59,436 nucleotides of DNA from a virus (lineage: Duplodnaviria; Caudoviricetes). The stretch is taken from positions 1 through 59,436 of IMG/VR virus record IMGVR_UViG_3300027265_000045; one strand, given 5' to 3'. The notes under the pieces are model-generated. The model did no database searches and was not told the origin of the DNA. It saw nothing but the letters and a program-made list of their open reading frames with translations. A program made the translations under genes and the position numbers. This document shows positions 1-9,997 of this stretch, one piece after another. Position 1 is the first letter of the stretch; each line of letters begins with the position of its first letter.

Positions 1-1170
1 ATGCACTTATCAGAAAATTTAGAGGAGATCAAGAGTTACCGACCGGCCAGGCTGGCAACGGGTAAGGAGTGGTTTGTGGAATATTATGTGTATAATATTG
101 AGTTTAAGAAAATGGTCCGTAAAAAGATCATGCTTAATTATATTGATAAAATTTCGGACCGCCGGGCCTTTGCCGGTCGGCTTATGAGGAAGTTAAATGC
201 CGAACTTGAGAAAGGATGGAACCCTTACGTGGCTGAAGAAAATTCGCGGAGCTATGCTCTGCTACCGAAAGTACTAGATGATTTTATAAATCTTCAGCGC
301 AAAAAACATAAGGAGGGCGATATCAGGGAGGCAACAATACACAGTTACGAAAGCTATTATAACAAGTTTAGCGAATACCTTGTAGCTGAGAAACTGATGG
401 ACATGTATGTTTACTATTTCAATAAAGAATTTATTATCAAATATCTGGACTATGTGTATAACGGACGAAACCTGTCGAGCCGCACACGCGATAACTATCT
501 GAAATTTATACGTCTTTTCTGCAATTACCTGGTTGAACGGTCATTCTTAAAGGTATCACCAGCTGAAACAATATCGGTACTGGGTAAAAGCAAGCGAGCT
601 GTAAAAAACAGAACTGTACTCCCGGTTGATATTATGACAAAAGTTTCGGAATACCTGAATACGAATAACCGACACTTCCTTATTGCCGCCCAGATATTAT
701 ATTTCTGTATGATAAGGCCAAAGGAAATGACATTTATTAAGATTAAACATATTGACCTGGAACGATCAGTAATTTTTGTAGATGGCGAAACGGCTAAAAA
801 TTATGAGGATGGTCTGGTTACCATTCCCGAAAGCTTGAATTCACTTATAAGTGAAATGGGGATAATGGATTATCCGGGAGAGTATTATTTATTCTCGCAC
901 GGATTTAAACCAGGTACAACACATTGCCAGCCTACTTTAATGAGTAAATATTGGGACCGGTATGTACGCAAGGCGTTAAAGCTGCCAATGAATTTAAAAT
1001 TCTATAGCCTGAAGGATACCGGCATTACTGACATGATCCGGACGCATAATAACCCGTTGCTTGCCCGCGATCAGGCGCGCCATCATGATTTATCAATTAC
1101 AAATATGTATTTGCCATCAGATATGAAACAGGCTAATGAAACAATTAAAAACGATAGCCGCAAATTTTAA
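1..1170 (+). CDS. int: Tyrosine recombinase / phage integrase
   Basis: IRPKEM (Arg), TAKN (Lys), FYSLKDTG (variant HxxR box), QARHHDLSITNMY (His/Tyr); N-terminal core-binding region. Confidence 0.9.
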   Translation: MHLSENLEEIKSYRPARLATGKEWFVEYYVYNIEFKKMVRKKIMLNYIDKISDRRAFAGRLMRKLNAELEKGWNPYVAEENSRSYALLPKVLDDFINLQRKKHKEGDIREATIHSYESYYNKFSEYLVAEKLMDMYVYYFNKEFIIKYLDYVYNGRNLSSRTRDNYLKFIRLFCNYLVERSFLKVSPAETISVLGKSKRAVKNRTVLPVDIMTKVSEYLNTNNRHFLIAAQILYFCMIRPKEMTFIKIKHIDLERSVIFVDGETAKNYEDGLVTIPESLNSLISEMGIMDYPGEYYLFSHGFKPGTTHCQPTLMSKYWDRYVRKALKLPMNLKFYSLKDTGITDMIRTHNNPLLARDQARHHDLSITNMYLPSDMKQANETIKNDSRKF

Positions 1171-1224
1171 ATAAAAATACGGCCACGTTTCTGCCAGCCG
1201 TTCCGAAAGTAAGTCAATAAACTA

Positions 1225-1812
1225 CTATTTTTTCTTTAATCTTATTTTCCAGTACATGCTTAACCATGCAGTTTGATTAACCACGTCATAACTTACCGTG
1301 TATAAATTATCCTTTTTTGTATTAAAGGCTAATGACGGAGCAAATCCAACTTTATCGGTCCAGCCGCCAATTCCTATACCCGCATATACTTTTGCCTTTG
1401 GCTTCGGGCAATCCGTGGTATAATAAATTGAGTCGGTTTCGTGAATGGTTTGGATGATAACATTTATATCTGCCGTTGCTTTCCGGCTCTGTATCCGGTT
1501 GCGCGAAATAACATCACGAATGGCAACGGAATAGTTTTCCCCTTTAATGGTATCGTTCGAAACTTTTACGGCAAAATAATCTGCTATCATATCCAATGTA
1601 TCGAAAGGGAATTCAGGATAAATGGTGTCCACAGTATTAATTCCTGGAATATAAGCTGTTTTGGTATCATGTATGGTTTTAACAACCGTAACCGTATCTA
1701 CGGTATGCGAGCTTACAGTTTTCGGTTCAGGTGTGCATTGCCTTTGCAATACCAAAAGTATTACCAGAATGCAGCTAATTAACTGCCAGGTATATTTGAG
1801 AATTGTTTTCAT
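1225..1812 (-). CDS. Membrane-anchored lysis accessory protein (spanin-like)
   Basis: N-terminal TM helix; overlaps the endolysin stop; last gene of the lysis cassette. Confidence 0.5.
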   Translation of the reverse strand: MKTILKYTWQLISCILVILLVLQRQCTPEPKTVSSHTVDTVTVVKTIHDTKTAYIPGINTVDTIYPEFPFDTLDMIADYFAVKVSNDTIKGENYSVAIRDVISRNRIQSRKATADINVIIQTIHETDSIYYTTDCPKPKAKVYAGIGIGGWTDKVGFAPSLAFNTKKDNLYTVSYDVVNQTAWLSMYWKIRLKKK

Positions 1813-2285
1813 GGCTTGTAAATGTTTTTAGCTGGTATTCCTACCGATTGCAGCCACATTGGAACATTGAAGGACGGGCAGGCTTTTGCCGCAAACTGAT
1901 TGTGACCAGCTACCAGTATATCGGGGTGCATGCGTATCATGTCCTGAACGTAACGCAACATTGTTTTTTTCTGATCTTCGGTACGGGTATCTTTTGGAGT
2001 TTTAGCATCGGCGGCTAATCCTCCTGCATAAACAACGTGCCGGCTTATTGAGTTGATACCAACAGCTCCGTTGGTGATCTCCCAGGTATCGACATTGCCG
2101 TCCTCGTTATTATTAACAAGGCGTTCAACACCTCCATTGAGGTGAAACAAATCGGTATATCCAACCTGTCGCCATCCACGGCCTGCAGGCGGTGGATCGA
2201 GATGCCAGTGGCGGATTTGGCCGGATGTTACTTCGCGCCCTTCGGGTGTGGCTGTGCAGTGGATTACTAAGAATTTTAATTTCAT
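1809..2285 (-). CDS. Endolysin, N-acetylmuramoyl-L-alanine amidase (T7 lysozyme-like)
   Basis: LVIHCTAT, GWRQVGY, VAGHNQFAAKACPSF Zn-amidase motifs. Confidence 0.92.
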   Translation of the reverse strand: MKLKFLVIHCTATPEGREVTSGQIRHWHLDPPPAGRGWRQVGYTDLFHLNGGVERLVNNNEDGNVDTWEITNGAVGINSISRHVVYAGGLAADAKTPKDTRTEDQKKTMLRYVQDMIRMHPDILVAGHNQFAAKACPSFNVPMWLQSVGIPAKNIYKP

Positions 2286-2375
2286 GTGTTATTTATTATT
2301 TTTAACGGGTCACATGGAATACGCCAAGAGAATAATCAATTCTGTTGGTGAGCAAATTTTCTGCTCATGGCTATT

Positions 2376-2729
2376 TCATGGCTTATATTTCATTATAAAT
2401 TCAAATACAGCAATTACCGCAACTAAGGCTCCCAGAAATGCCGCTCCAATTGCCATCGTTGCCATTTTCCAACTTTTTACCCCTTTGTTTTCCACCGAGG
2501 AGTCCCGCAACTCATTAATAATATTTGTATGTGGGCAATTCGATATGGTGTGTGGCAATTGTTTTTCCAAAGCGGTTACACGTCCGTTTGTTTTTGTCGT
2601 TTGTTCCTCGATACGTGTTAGAGAACCATTGACACCTTTCATTACTTCCGACTGTACCTCTTTTATGTGACTTATTGCAGTTGTAAGCATTTCCTGAATG
2701 TCTTCTTTGTCAGCGCGAGTTAAAGCCAT
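2376..2729 (-). CDS. Coiled-coil protein with C-terminal TM helix (holin/antiholin-like)
   Basis: Likely start MALTRADK at 2729; C-terminal hydrophobic helix; upstream of endolysin. Confidence 0.5.
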   Translation of the reverse strand: MALTRADKEDIQEMLTTAISHIKEVQSEVMKGVNGSLTRIEEQTTKTNGRVTALEKQLPHTISNCPHTNIINELRDSSVENKGVKSWKMATMAIGAAFLGALVAVIAVFEFIMKYKP

Positions 2730-2730
2730 T

Positions 2731-3000
2731 TTACTGTATTTCTTTATTTTTGTTAATGTCGTTTTGCTGTAAGTCTTTTGATGTAGTGGCAAATTGCAAA
2801 AATGCTATTACGATTGGGATTGTAACCACTGCATTTTGAAGTACCTTGTATAGTAATGGTTGCTCCTCCTGATTCACAACTGGCAATACCCCGATTATTG
2901 GGGCCAGTAATGCACCCAATAATAACTGTATCCGGCGAAGTGCTTTTGGCGTTTCACTTTTGAATCTTTTCCAGTAATACCTGATTATTTTCATGTTCAA
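2731..3000 (-). CDS. Putative holin
   Basis: 89 aa, basic N-terminus, two hydrophobic segments, first gene of the lysis cassette. Confidence 0.65.
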   Translation of the reverse strand: MNMKIIRYYWKRFKSETPKALRRIQLLLGALLAPIIGVLPVVNQEEQPLLYKVLQNAVVTIPIVIAFLQFATTSKDLQQNDINKNKEIQ

Positions 3001-3010
3001 CAGTTTTAAA

Positions 3011-3046
3011 CAAATTAACGTTGCTTAGCAATAAACGCAAAGGACA
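3011..3046 (-). promoter_or_regulatory. Putative phage late promoter (lysis cassette)
   Basis: TGTCCTTT-N20-TTAATTTG; one of six copies with identical spacing. Confidence 0.65.
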
Positions 3047-3051
3047 AAACC

Positions 3052-5268
3052 CTAGCACGTATACACATCCATTTCCGCTACACTCAACCCCTCGCTAAGC
3101 ATGTTCACCCTGATTTCTTTAATCAGAAACATAAAACCATTGCCCGAATATATCTGATCAACCTGATCAGATTGCAGTTGCTTCAGCTGCACTGGTGTTA
3201 AGACCACTCTGAAGGTTGCCGGTTTGCTTTCGTAGGCCAGCCAGCGTAGGAATTCTTTCCACCGGTTATTGAAAATCGATTCGGCATTCAGATCCGGGAA
3301 GAATAACGGATCCCCGCTATAATCGTCGTAACGGCAAGTACCAAGCGGATAAGGTTGTGCGAGACTATCGAGCGACATGCCTTTGAAGTACAGCACCTGT
3401 GTTCCGTATTCCGATCCAAGCGAGTCGGGAAATCCCTCGAGTATGCCAGGTTGTTCGGTTACTGGCAATATATAATGCCGGGTTGCCGGTGCACCTGGTA
3501 CATCGTCGGCTATATACGACGAAAGTACCGGACATAAATTAGTGGTGCGCTGCAGGTAAGGTTCTTCGCCATCGGTGTATACTATCTGAAAATTTTTGCT
3601 GTAAAAAACCCAGGCAAGTAAATAGGTTTCAGTTGAATATTGCCACACCCAAAATTCGTTAAGCGAGGTTACCAGGTACATATCATTCACCTTATTGCCT
3701 AGGTTTGATAAATGATAAATATCGATAACGGTTCCTTTGTAAACAAGCTTCTCATTCAACGGCTTTATATTGGCGAGATATTTATCTGCTGATGCACTTT
3801 TCAGCTCGAATTTTATTCCTTTGTATTCTTCAGTAACTGTAACTTTTGGCGATGGTAGTAAAATACCCGGAAACGCTACAGCCTGATTGGTAGGCGTTAC
3901 AACTGATTTTGCTTTAATATCAATAAATGTGATAGTGCGCGTATTATTGTCAACAATCGGTATGTACCCGGTAAGTTGCGAAATCCAGTTCATGAAATCG
4001 CTTTGCAACATTGCCGGTACATGGCTCACAAGGTTGAATGACGGATTAACAGGCATCTTGGTAGTTGAATCGGAACTGTATGTATTTTCAGCGTAGGCAT
4101 TGAATAGTACAGCGTTTTTGAAATAAACCGTGTCGAAAGGATTATTTACTATGCTATATCCCGCTTCAGTTGCAATTTTTTTGACAATAGTATTCAGATA
4201 GATAAAAGGGGTGAACAGATTGGCGGCAACAAAAGGTTCGTTTTCAACATTACCCCATATCATCAAGGGGAATTCACCGTTTTTGTAGTAATTAAGAACT
4301 TTGATATATTGTGTATATATCGTTTTAATAGACAAATTGTCAAGTTCAAAAATATCGTCAGGGAAATTTGAAAGAAACTCTTTGTTGTGAATAGGGAAAA
4401 CAGTAAAGTCTGCACTATCCTGATCCTGCGTTACAACCACATCGAAAAGGTTGGTTTTTTTGTATTCGACAAGGCAAACAGATATGAATATGTCGGCAAT
4501 AGTACCGGCCGGAAAAAGCGATTCGGTAATGCAAACAAGTTCAACCGTAACAATATCGCCGGTAATCAGGGTAAGGCTGTTAACTATTTCCGCAGGTGGC
4601 AATGTGCCTCCGGGCTGAGCTGAATATGTTTCGTCGAAGTACGCAACTCCGTTTTTGCGGGCAATTACCTGCAGCGATCCGGAAGTGAAAGCAGTGTTCA
4701 AAACTATCGACTGAGTACAGGTAGTATCCTGGTCGGCAACAAAAGTGCGACCATCCACGCCCATCGACGAGGTGATGTCCTTAATTACATGAAGCGGCTC
4801 ATTAACAGTGAATGTAATAAACCCTTCGTATAATGGATCGTTGTAACTCACCACAATATTTTCGACCGATGCAACTGAATAAAAATCGGTAATAACAATA
4901 TCGTCGCCCCACAATAGATCCTTCAACGTTTTACCAGCTATGGTTCCGGCAAAATCCCCATTATCAATCCTAAATGATACTTCGTACTTGTCCTGATCAG
5001 CTTGTGTTCCCACGCAGGTGCCTACAAAGCGCAAACCGTATGCTGTAATTACATATGGCAGTTCAGCGGTAGCACGGCCATGACGTTGCACACGGTGTGC
5101 CTGAGCAAACTCCTGCCTTAACTGTGGTGTGGCGGCGAAAGAGGTATTGAAAATGTAGGAACCAGGGATACGGTTTTCGGCCGTTATAAATAGTGGCGAC
5201 CGGTACACCAGTGGCAAACTGATACCCTGATCTACAGCAACGATTGTATTTCCAATTTTTATTTGCAT
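3052..5268 (-). CDS. Tail tip / baseplate hub protein
   Basis: 738 aa at the end of the tail module; N-terminal SPLF..GSYIFNTSF pattern resembles Bacteroidota siphophage tail proteins. Confidence 0.55.
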   Translation of the reverse strand: MQIKIGNTIVAVDQGISLPLVYRSPLFITAENRIPGSYIFNTSFAATPQLRQEFAQAHRVQRHGRATAELPYVITAYGLRFVGTCVGTQADQDKYEVSFRIDNGDFAGTIAGKTLKDLLWGDDIVITDFYSVASVENIVVSYNDPLYEGFITFTVNEPLHVIKDITSSMGVDGRTFVADQDTTCTQSIVLNTAFTSGSLQVIARKNGVAYFDETYSAQPGGTLPPAEIVNSLTLITGDIVTVELVCITESLFPAGTIADIFISVCLVEYKKTNLFDVVVTQDQDSADFTVFPIHNKEFLSNFPDDIFELDNLSIKTIYTQYIKVLNYYKNGEFPLMIWGNVENEPFVAANLFTPFIYLNTIVKKIATEAGYSIVNNPFDTVYFKNAVLFNAYAENTYSSDSTTKMPVNPSFNLVSHVPAMLQSDFMNWISQLTGYIPIVDNNTRTITFIDIKAKSVVTPTNQAVAFPGILLPSPKVTVTEEYKGIKFELKSASADKYLANIKPLNEKLVYKGTVIDIYHLSNLGNKVNDMYLVTSLNEFWVWQYSTETYLLAWVFYSKNFQIVYTDGEEPYLQRTTNLCPVLSSYIADDVPGAPATRHYILPVTEQPGILEGFPDSLGSEYGTQVLYFKGMSLDSLAQPYPLGTCRYDDYSGDPLFFPDLNAESIFNNRWKEFLRWLAYESKPATFRVVLTPVQLKQLQSDQVDQIYSGNGFMFLIKEIRVNMLSEGLSVAEMDVYTC

Positions 5269-5278
5269 AAGGCTAAGG

Positions 5279-5788
5279 TTACTCCTTAATCATCCACGCC
5301 ACAGCATCGTACTGATGTTGCGTTAATTCTTTGGTATCGCTATCCTTTATGTTTTTGAAATCGAAAGTTTCGGTAACTATTTCGTCCATAAACTCAGTAT
5401 ATGCCTTGATATCGGCATCACGCTCTTTGATAGCTTCGGCATATTTCGCTTTTAGATCCGCAAGTTCTTTCACTAACTTTGGATTGGCCACATCAATGGC
5501 CGGATTGCCGCCGATCAGCACGCTCTTGCCTTCTGAATCAGTTAACAGGTACTTTCCGCGCGTTTCGTTGAAAGCCTTCTGGTAGGTTTCGAATTCTTCG
5601 GTAAGCGGTATGCGTACTGTGGCTGAGTTCTCTTTCTCGAACTTACGGAGGATCATCAGGTTTTTACTCCGTGCTGAGCACAGTGCGTTTGGTAGCCCTT
5701 TTACTTCGCTGAGCAATGCAAACCGATCAAGGAGATCTCCAACTGTGAGACCGTCTTTTACTTTTTTTACTTCTTTTAAAAATGCCAT
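5279..5788 (-). CDS. Hypothetical protein (possible fibre chaperone)
   Basis: Charged helical protein downstream of the tail fibre. Confidence 0.5.
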   Translation of the reverse strand: MAFLKEVKKVKDGLTVGDLLDRFALLSEVKGLPNALCSARSKNLMILRKFEKENSATVRIPLTEEFETYQKAFNETRGKYLLTDSEGKSVLIGGNPAIDVANPKLVKELADLKAKYAEAIKERDADIKAYTEFMDEIVTETFDFKNIKDSDTKELTQHQYDAVAWMIKE

Positions 5789-5830
5789 GGTTAGTTTATT
5801 TATTTGTTATGCAATAGCTTAAAGAAGCCA

Positions 5831-6040
5831 TTACGATGCATTTGTTTCCTTTTCTGCAACACCTAAAAATGGATTTCCAAATTTATCCAAATGAATATGT
5901 TCTACAATTGTCCAACTATCAGGCATTTGATTTCCATCGTCTTCAAAAAACCAACCGTGAGAATCCCATCCAGTTTTTGTAGTTTCGGTTTCATACCATT
6001 CTTGTCTTACAATTCTTTTTTCTGTAATTGTTGTTGCCAT
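5831..6040 (-). CDS. Small hypothetical protein
   Basis: ORF in tail-module orientation, likely start MATTITE. Confidence 0.45.
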   Translation of the reverse strand: MATTITEKRIVRQEWYETETTKTGWDSHGWFFEDDGNQMPDSWTIVEHIHLDKFGNPFLGVAEKETNAS

Positions 6041-6047
6041 ATTTTTG

Positions 6048-8267
6048 TTATGCTGCATTAGTTTTTATCACATGACCTCTTACTCCGACAAAATTCCTCG
6101 ATGTGGAGTAAGTTAGTTTCATGCCGGTGTACATTGCAGCAGCAAGGTTAACTGTTGAGCTGTATATGCCAAATGCACTAATTGAGGTACTTCCAATATT
6201 CCCAACTATACTATAAGCAATTGATGTACTTGATGCCCTCGTATAGTTTATATGTAGAACAAAATTGCCAGTAGCTGCACCCAGGCTAATACCATTTCTC
6301 GATGTTGAAGTATCTAAACTCAGTATTATATTCACTGATTCATTAATTGTTCCGCAATATACAAGCTCCAGTTTATCGCCATTTGTTGCTAGTGTTCCGG
6401 ATGGCATTGTGTACAGGAACTGATATAGTGGGCCTGTACCTGTTTGAGTATCGGTTGTATACCAGTCGGCAAGTGGAGTTACTGTCCCAATGCCGGCGTG
6501 TGTATGATCGCCATAAGCGGCAGTAACATGATCGGTACCAAACCCGGGAAATGATACTTTATTGTTGAATGTACTCCAGTTAGCTGCTGACAGTGCTCCT
6601 GTAGCTTCTGACGAAGCCAGCCCCAAACTCAGTACCTGTGTGCCAACACCTAATGATAAACCATTAGCGGAAGCTCCTATTGTTACCGGATCGTGGCTGC
6701 TCCCACCACCGGAGGCTGCTATAGTAACATTGTATTTTCCTCCTGAACCTGATGATTCAGAAAGCGTTATACCAGTACCTGCTATTAGATTGAGTGAACT
6801 ATATTCCCCAGCGGCCAAACCTGTTGCACCTGTTTTCATGATATGACGTACAGTTGTCGAGCTATCGAGTATAATATCCCAGCTAATGTATGTATCCTTA
6901 CTGTTGAATGTATTCCAATCCGTTGCCGTGAGTGCTCCGGTGCGCTCAGCCGAAGCAGTTGTAAGTGATAGCACCTGATTTGCCGCTAAGCTTAACCCAT
7001 TTTGTGCTGTGCCAAGCGAAAGCGGATAGTGCGCTGCGCTAAAAGCAGTATTCCAGTTGGTAATATCAGTTGCTGTAATTGAAGTTGCTACATAGGCAGC
7101 CCAGCTGGCATTGCCGCTGGCATCGCTAGTAAGCAAGTAGCCTGATGCTGCTCCGGTTGTGAGTTTAAGGGTTTGCGAAGTGGTGAGACCGGCAACATCG
7201 AGAGCTGAAGAAGGATTAGCAGTTCCTATTCCTAAATATCCATTTGGCACCAACACATTTCCGGTTCCTAGTGTCAATAGTGAGAGATTTGTATTTGTAT
7301 ACAAGCTAACGATCGACATTCCGCTACCGCTATAACCTTTTATTGTCATGTTATTTCCATAAGCAGAATCATACGCGTTCATTTTCATGTACGCGGATCC
7401 GTTCGTTAGCTTTAAAATATCATTATGCCCTTGTACTGTCAGCAGATTTGAGGGTATTAATGTCCCAATACCTACATATCCAGAAGGTGCAATATACATT
7501 GAGTAGGATGTTGGTAATGCAGCTCCGCTGGAGATATTGAACCCTATTCCATTGTATGCACTAATAGCAAGGTCAGCTTGTACACCTGCAATGCTGTCAT
7601 TTCTTGTGATTGAGCTGACTAAAGTTCCACTATCAGTATAACTTAATATTCCTCTATTTAATGTTGAGTTTGTTTGGCCTAATCTTATGTTTCCCCAAAC
7701 ATCCAACTTATCATGTGGTGCTGTCGTCCCAATTCCGACGTTGCCGGAAGTTCCTTCAATTGTGACTTTAGGTGTAATAACATTTCCTCCGGTATAAAAA
7801 TCAAGGTCCTTATTTGCATCCGCTGCACCACCTCTATAAATAGATTTAATACCGGCTTCAACATCTGCAACACCCGATGTGTTATAAAAAAGGATAGAGG
7901 ATGCCAAGGCATCTGCTTTGGTTGTGCTATTTTCAATTCTAAATATCGGAGACGCTCCTGCAACTACCAATTTAGTGCCCGGTGCCGTCGTCCCAATGCC
8001 GACCCGATGATTAACCGAATCTACGAAAAGCGTATTGGTGTCAACAGTTAGATTGTGCACTCCAAGGTTAACATTAGCGGTTGCACCGGTGTAGGGGACA
8101 TATCCTGCCGCATCAGCAGTTGTAAGTAATCGTAACTCATCAGCTCCGCTTATGCGTTGATACAAACCGTCCGCTTTTGCATTAAAACCTACAAAGCCAG
8201 CAGGCACAGTGTCGAGTGTGCCTACGGCCTGAAGATTAAGACCAACGAGATACTTTTTACTTGCCAT
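6048..8267 (-). CDS. Tail fibre / receptor-binding protein
   Basis: G/T/S/A-rich; four GxVGIGT-like repeats; duplicated NGLSL..QVLSL..ASxExTGAL...WxTFN motif. Confidence 0.75.
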   Translation of the reverse strand: MASKKYLVGLNLQAVGTLDTVPAGFVGFNAKADGLYQRISGADELRLLTTADAAGYVPYTGATANVNLGVHNLTVDTNTLFVDSVNHRVGIGTTAPGTKLVVAGASPIFRIENSTTKADALASSILFYNTSGVADVEAGIKSIYRGGAADANKDLDFYTGGNVITPKVTIEGTSGNVGIGTTAPHDKLDVWGNIRLGQTNSTLNRGILSYTDSGTLVSSITRNDSIAGVQADLAISAYNGIGFNISSGAALPTSYSMYIAPSGYVGIGTLIPSNLLTVQGHNDILKLTNGSAYMKMNAYDSAYGNNMTIKGYSGSGMSIVSLYTNTNLSLLTLGTGNVLVPNGYLGIGTANPSSALDVAGLTTSQTLKLTTGAASGYLLTSDASGNASWAAYVATSITATDITNWNTAFSAAHYPLSLGTAQNGLSLAANQVLSLTTASAERTGALTATDWNTFNSKDTYISWDIILDSSTTVRHIMKTGATGLAAGEYSSLNLIAGTGITLSESSGSGGKYNVTIAASGGGSSHDPVTIGASANGLSLGVGTQVLSLGLASSEATGALSAANWSTFNNKVSFPGFGTDHVTAAYGDHTHAGIGTVTPLADWYTTDTQTGTGPLYQFLYTMPSGTLATNGDKLELVYCGTINESVNIILSLDTSTSRNGISLGAATGNFVLHINYTRASSTSIAYSIVGNIGSTSISAFGIYSSTVNLAAAMYTGMKLTYSTSRNFVGVRGHVIKTNAA

Positions 8268-8273
8268 TGATTA

Positions 8274-9317
8274 CTATCTTCCAATAATATTAACAGTATA
8301 TTGATTTGTTGTAGGAGCTACATTAACTGAAACCGTAACAGTAGTTGTTGAAGTTATATAGACCTCACACTGCACTTCCTCAAAAGTTGTGGTGTTGTAA
8401 ACTGAAACTATTACCTCTCGGGTAATTAGTCCATGTGTAAACACAAATGATGTTAAAGTTCCGTTACCGAATGCTGCACTATACGTTTTTGCTGCTGCTC
8501 CAAGTTTTTGTGTAAGTGTAGCCGGAGTTACCGCTCTTGTAGCATCAGTACCGGTATTAACCTCGGACTGAGTTGCAAGTTCGATAATACCTTGTGCTGT
8601 TTCACTTGCTGAAACAATATCAGGTATGTTTTTATTAACTACTGTCCAGTGCGATTCAAGAGTAGGAGAGTCCTGATTTGCAATAATCATATCACCGATA
8701 GCAACACCAGTTGTGAAGAAGGTTCCTGCAACAGTTACCACATAAGTCCAGCCGTTTTTGATACCGGCAATAGGCGTAGCATCGAGCAAAGGTGTATTGG
8801 TAGCGGCATCGTAGCCCCCTTTATTAACGAGAGCACCACTGATAAGGCTGTTAACTCCTGCAACAAGATTATCCACATAAGTCTTCACCGCCAATTGTGA
8901 ACTTATCTTTGTATTAACTGCTCCGGCTCCTCCAAGAGTTACATCTGTATCGGCAAGCATAATTAATACTTGTAATACGGTCAAATCGATAGGAGCAGCT
9001 GCACTACCGGTATTGTTACCTTTAATGGTATTGGCCGCCATGTTTGCCATCTTGGCGTTTGTAACAGCACTGTTTGCAATTGTTTGGGCCCCATCTCCCG
9101 CACTTGTCACATCGCCCGAGTGGTTTGGATGTACATAAGGAAAGGTCTTCCATGCGGATCCAGTCCAAACATACAACTTTGCATCTGCAGTATTGTAATA
9201 AATAAACCCGGCATCCCCCGCTGTAAGCGTTGGGCTTGTAGCCAGGTTCTGAATTTTTTGATTGAGCATTTGATTCTTGTTCAAATCAATGTCAACGAGA
9301 AATGATTTCTTTGCCAT
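8274..9317 (-). CDS. Tail fibre-like protein
   Basis: ASETAQGIIELATQSEVNTGTDATRAVTP fibre repeat; IYYNTAD..LYVWTGSAW motif. Confidence 0.7.
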   Translation of the reverse strand: MAKKSFLVDIDLNKNQMLNQKIQNLATSPTLTAGDAGFIYYNTADAKLYVWTGSAWKTFPYVHPNHSGDVTSAGDGAQTIANSAVTNAKMANMAANTIKGNNTGSAAAPIDLTVLQVLIMLADTDVTLGGAGAVNTKISSQLAVKTYVDNLVAGVNSLISGALVNKGGYDAATNTPLLDATPIAGIKNGWTYVVTVAGTFFTTGVAIGDMIIANQDSPTLESHWTVVNKNIPDIVSASETAQGIIELATQSEVNTGTDATRAVTPATLTQKLGAAAKTYSAAFGNGTLTSFVFTHGLITREVIVSVYNTTTFEEVQCEVYITSTTTVTVSVNVAPTTNQYTVNIIGR

Positions 9318-9323
9318 GTCGGT

Positions 9324-9680
9324 TTAATTTAAATCAGCAAATCCGGAAAAGGCTGCTGAAAAGGTTATTGTTAAATTGTTTTGATCTATGTAGTCAATTT
9401 CTCCTTCGTGTTGCGATCCTGCCGAATCTATAACCGTAACCGAGGGATATTTATTAAGGTTATGTTCAATTGTCCATACCGTTGATGGCAGGTTTTGATT
9501 GTGCCTGTAATACTTATCATTCCCAGACCCATACTCAACTATAGTTTCAATACCTCCAACTACCTGCTTCCCATATAACTTATTATCAGCTATGTTTATC
9601 AGGATCTCACCATCTCTTATATCCGATACTACCGGAACTTTCCCTGGAACATTGCTACGCTTATGTTGTACTCTATTCAT
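9324..9680 (-). CDS. Small tail/fibre adaptor protein
   Basis: KRSNVPGKVP...DGEILINIADNKLY motif; WTIEHNLNKYPSVTVID beta domain. Confidence 0.6.
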   Translation of the reverse strand: MNRVQHKRSNVPGKVPVVSDIRDGEILINIADNKLYGKQVVGGIETIVEYGSGNDKYYRHNQNLPSTVWTIEHNLNKYPSVTVIDSAGSQHEGEIDYIDQNNLTITFSAAFSGFADLN

Positions 9681-9997
9681 TAATAAGTTCCTCCATCTAT
9701 CGCATCTGTGAATGCCATTGCCCCAGTTGGCACATCTGTTGTAATTAGTTTCCCCCTATCAGCTTCAGCAACAGGAGCATGATCGAGCAGGGAGGTAATA
9801 AGGTGTACGCGGTCGTGCAGCTGTGCCGGGTTAATGCTGCGACCAAGGCATTCAACCGACTTGGATCCGTCTGCATTTACTTTAAGCCCATAAAACAAAG
9901 CATCACGGCGGTTGTAACCCAAACCTGTATCAGTTGTAAGCAACTGATTAACCGTAGGCACCCGTTCTGGTACATTTGATATGTGAATAATGCTCAT
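9680..9997 (-). CDS. Small tail-associated protein
   Basis: SNVPERVP motif resembles the neighbouring gene; ends in IDGGTY. Confidence 0.55.
   Translation of the reverse strand: MSIIHISNVPERVPTVNQLLTTDTGLGYNRRDALFYGLKVNADGSKSVECLGRSINPAQLHDRVHLITSLLDHAPVAEADRGKLITTDVPTGAMAFTDAIDGGTY

Noticed and set aside
997-1110. Inactive integrase because HxxR reads YSLK
   Set aside because: The other catalytic residues and the ORF are intact; I recall this variant box in Bacteroidota integrases, so it is not evidence of decay.
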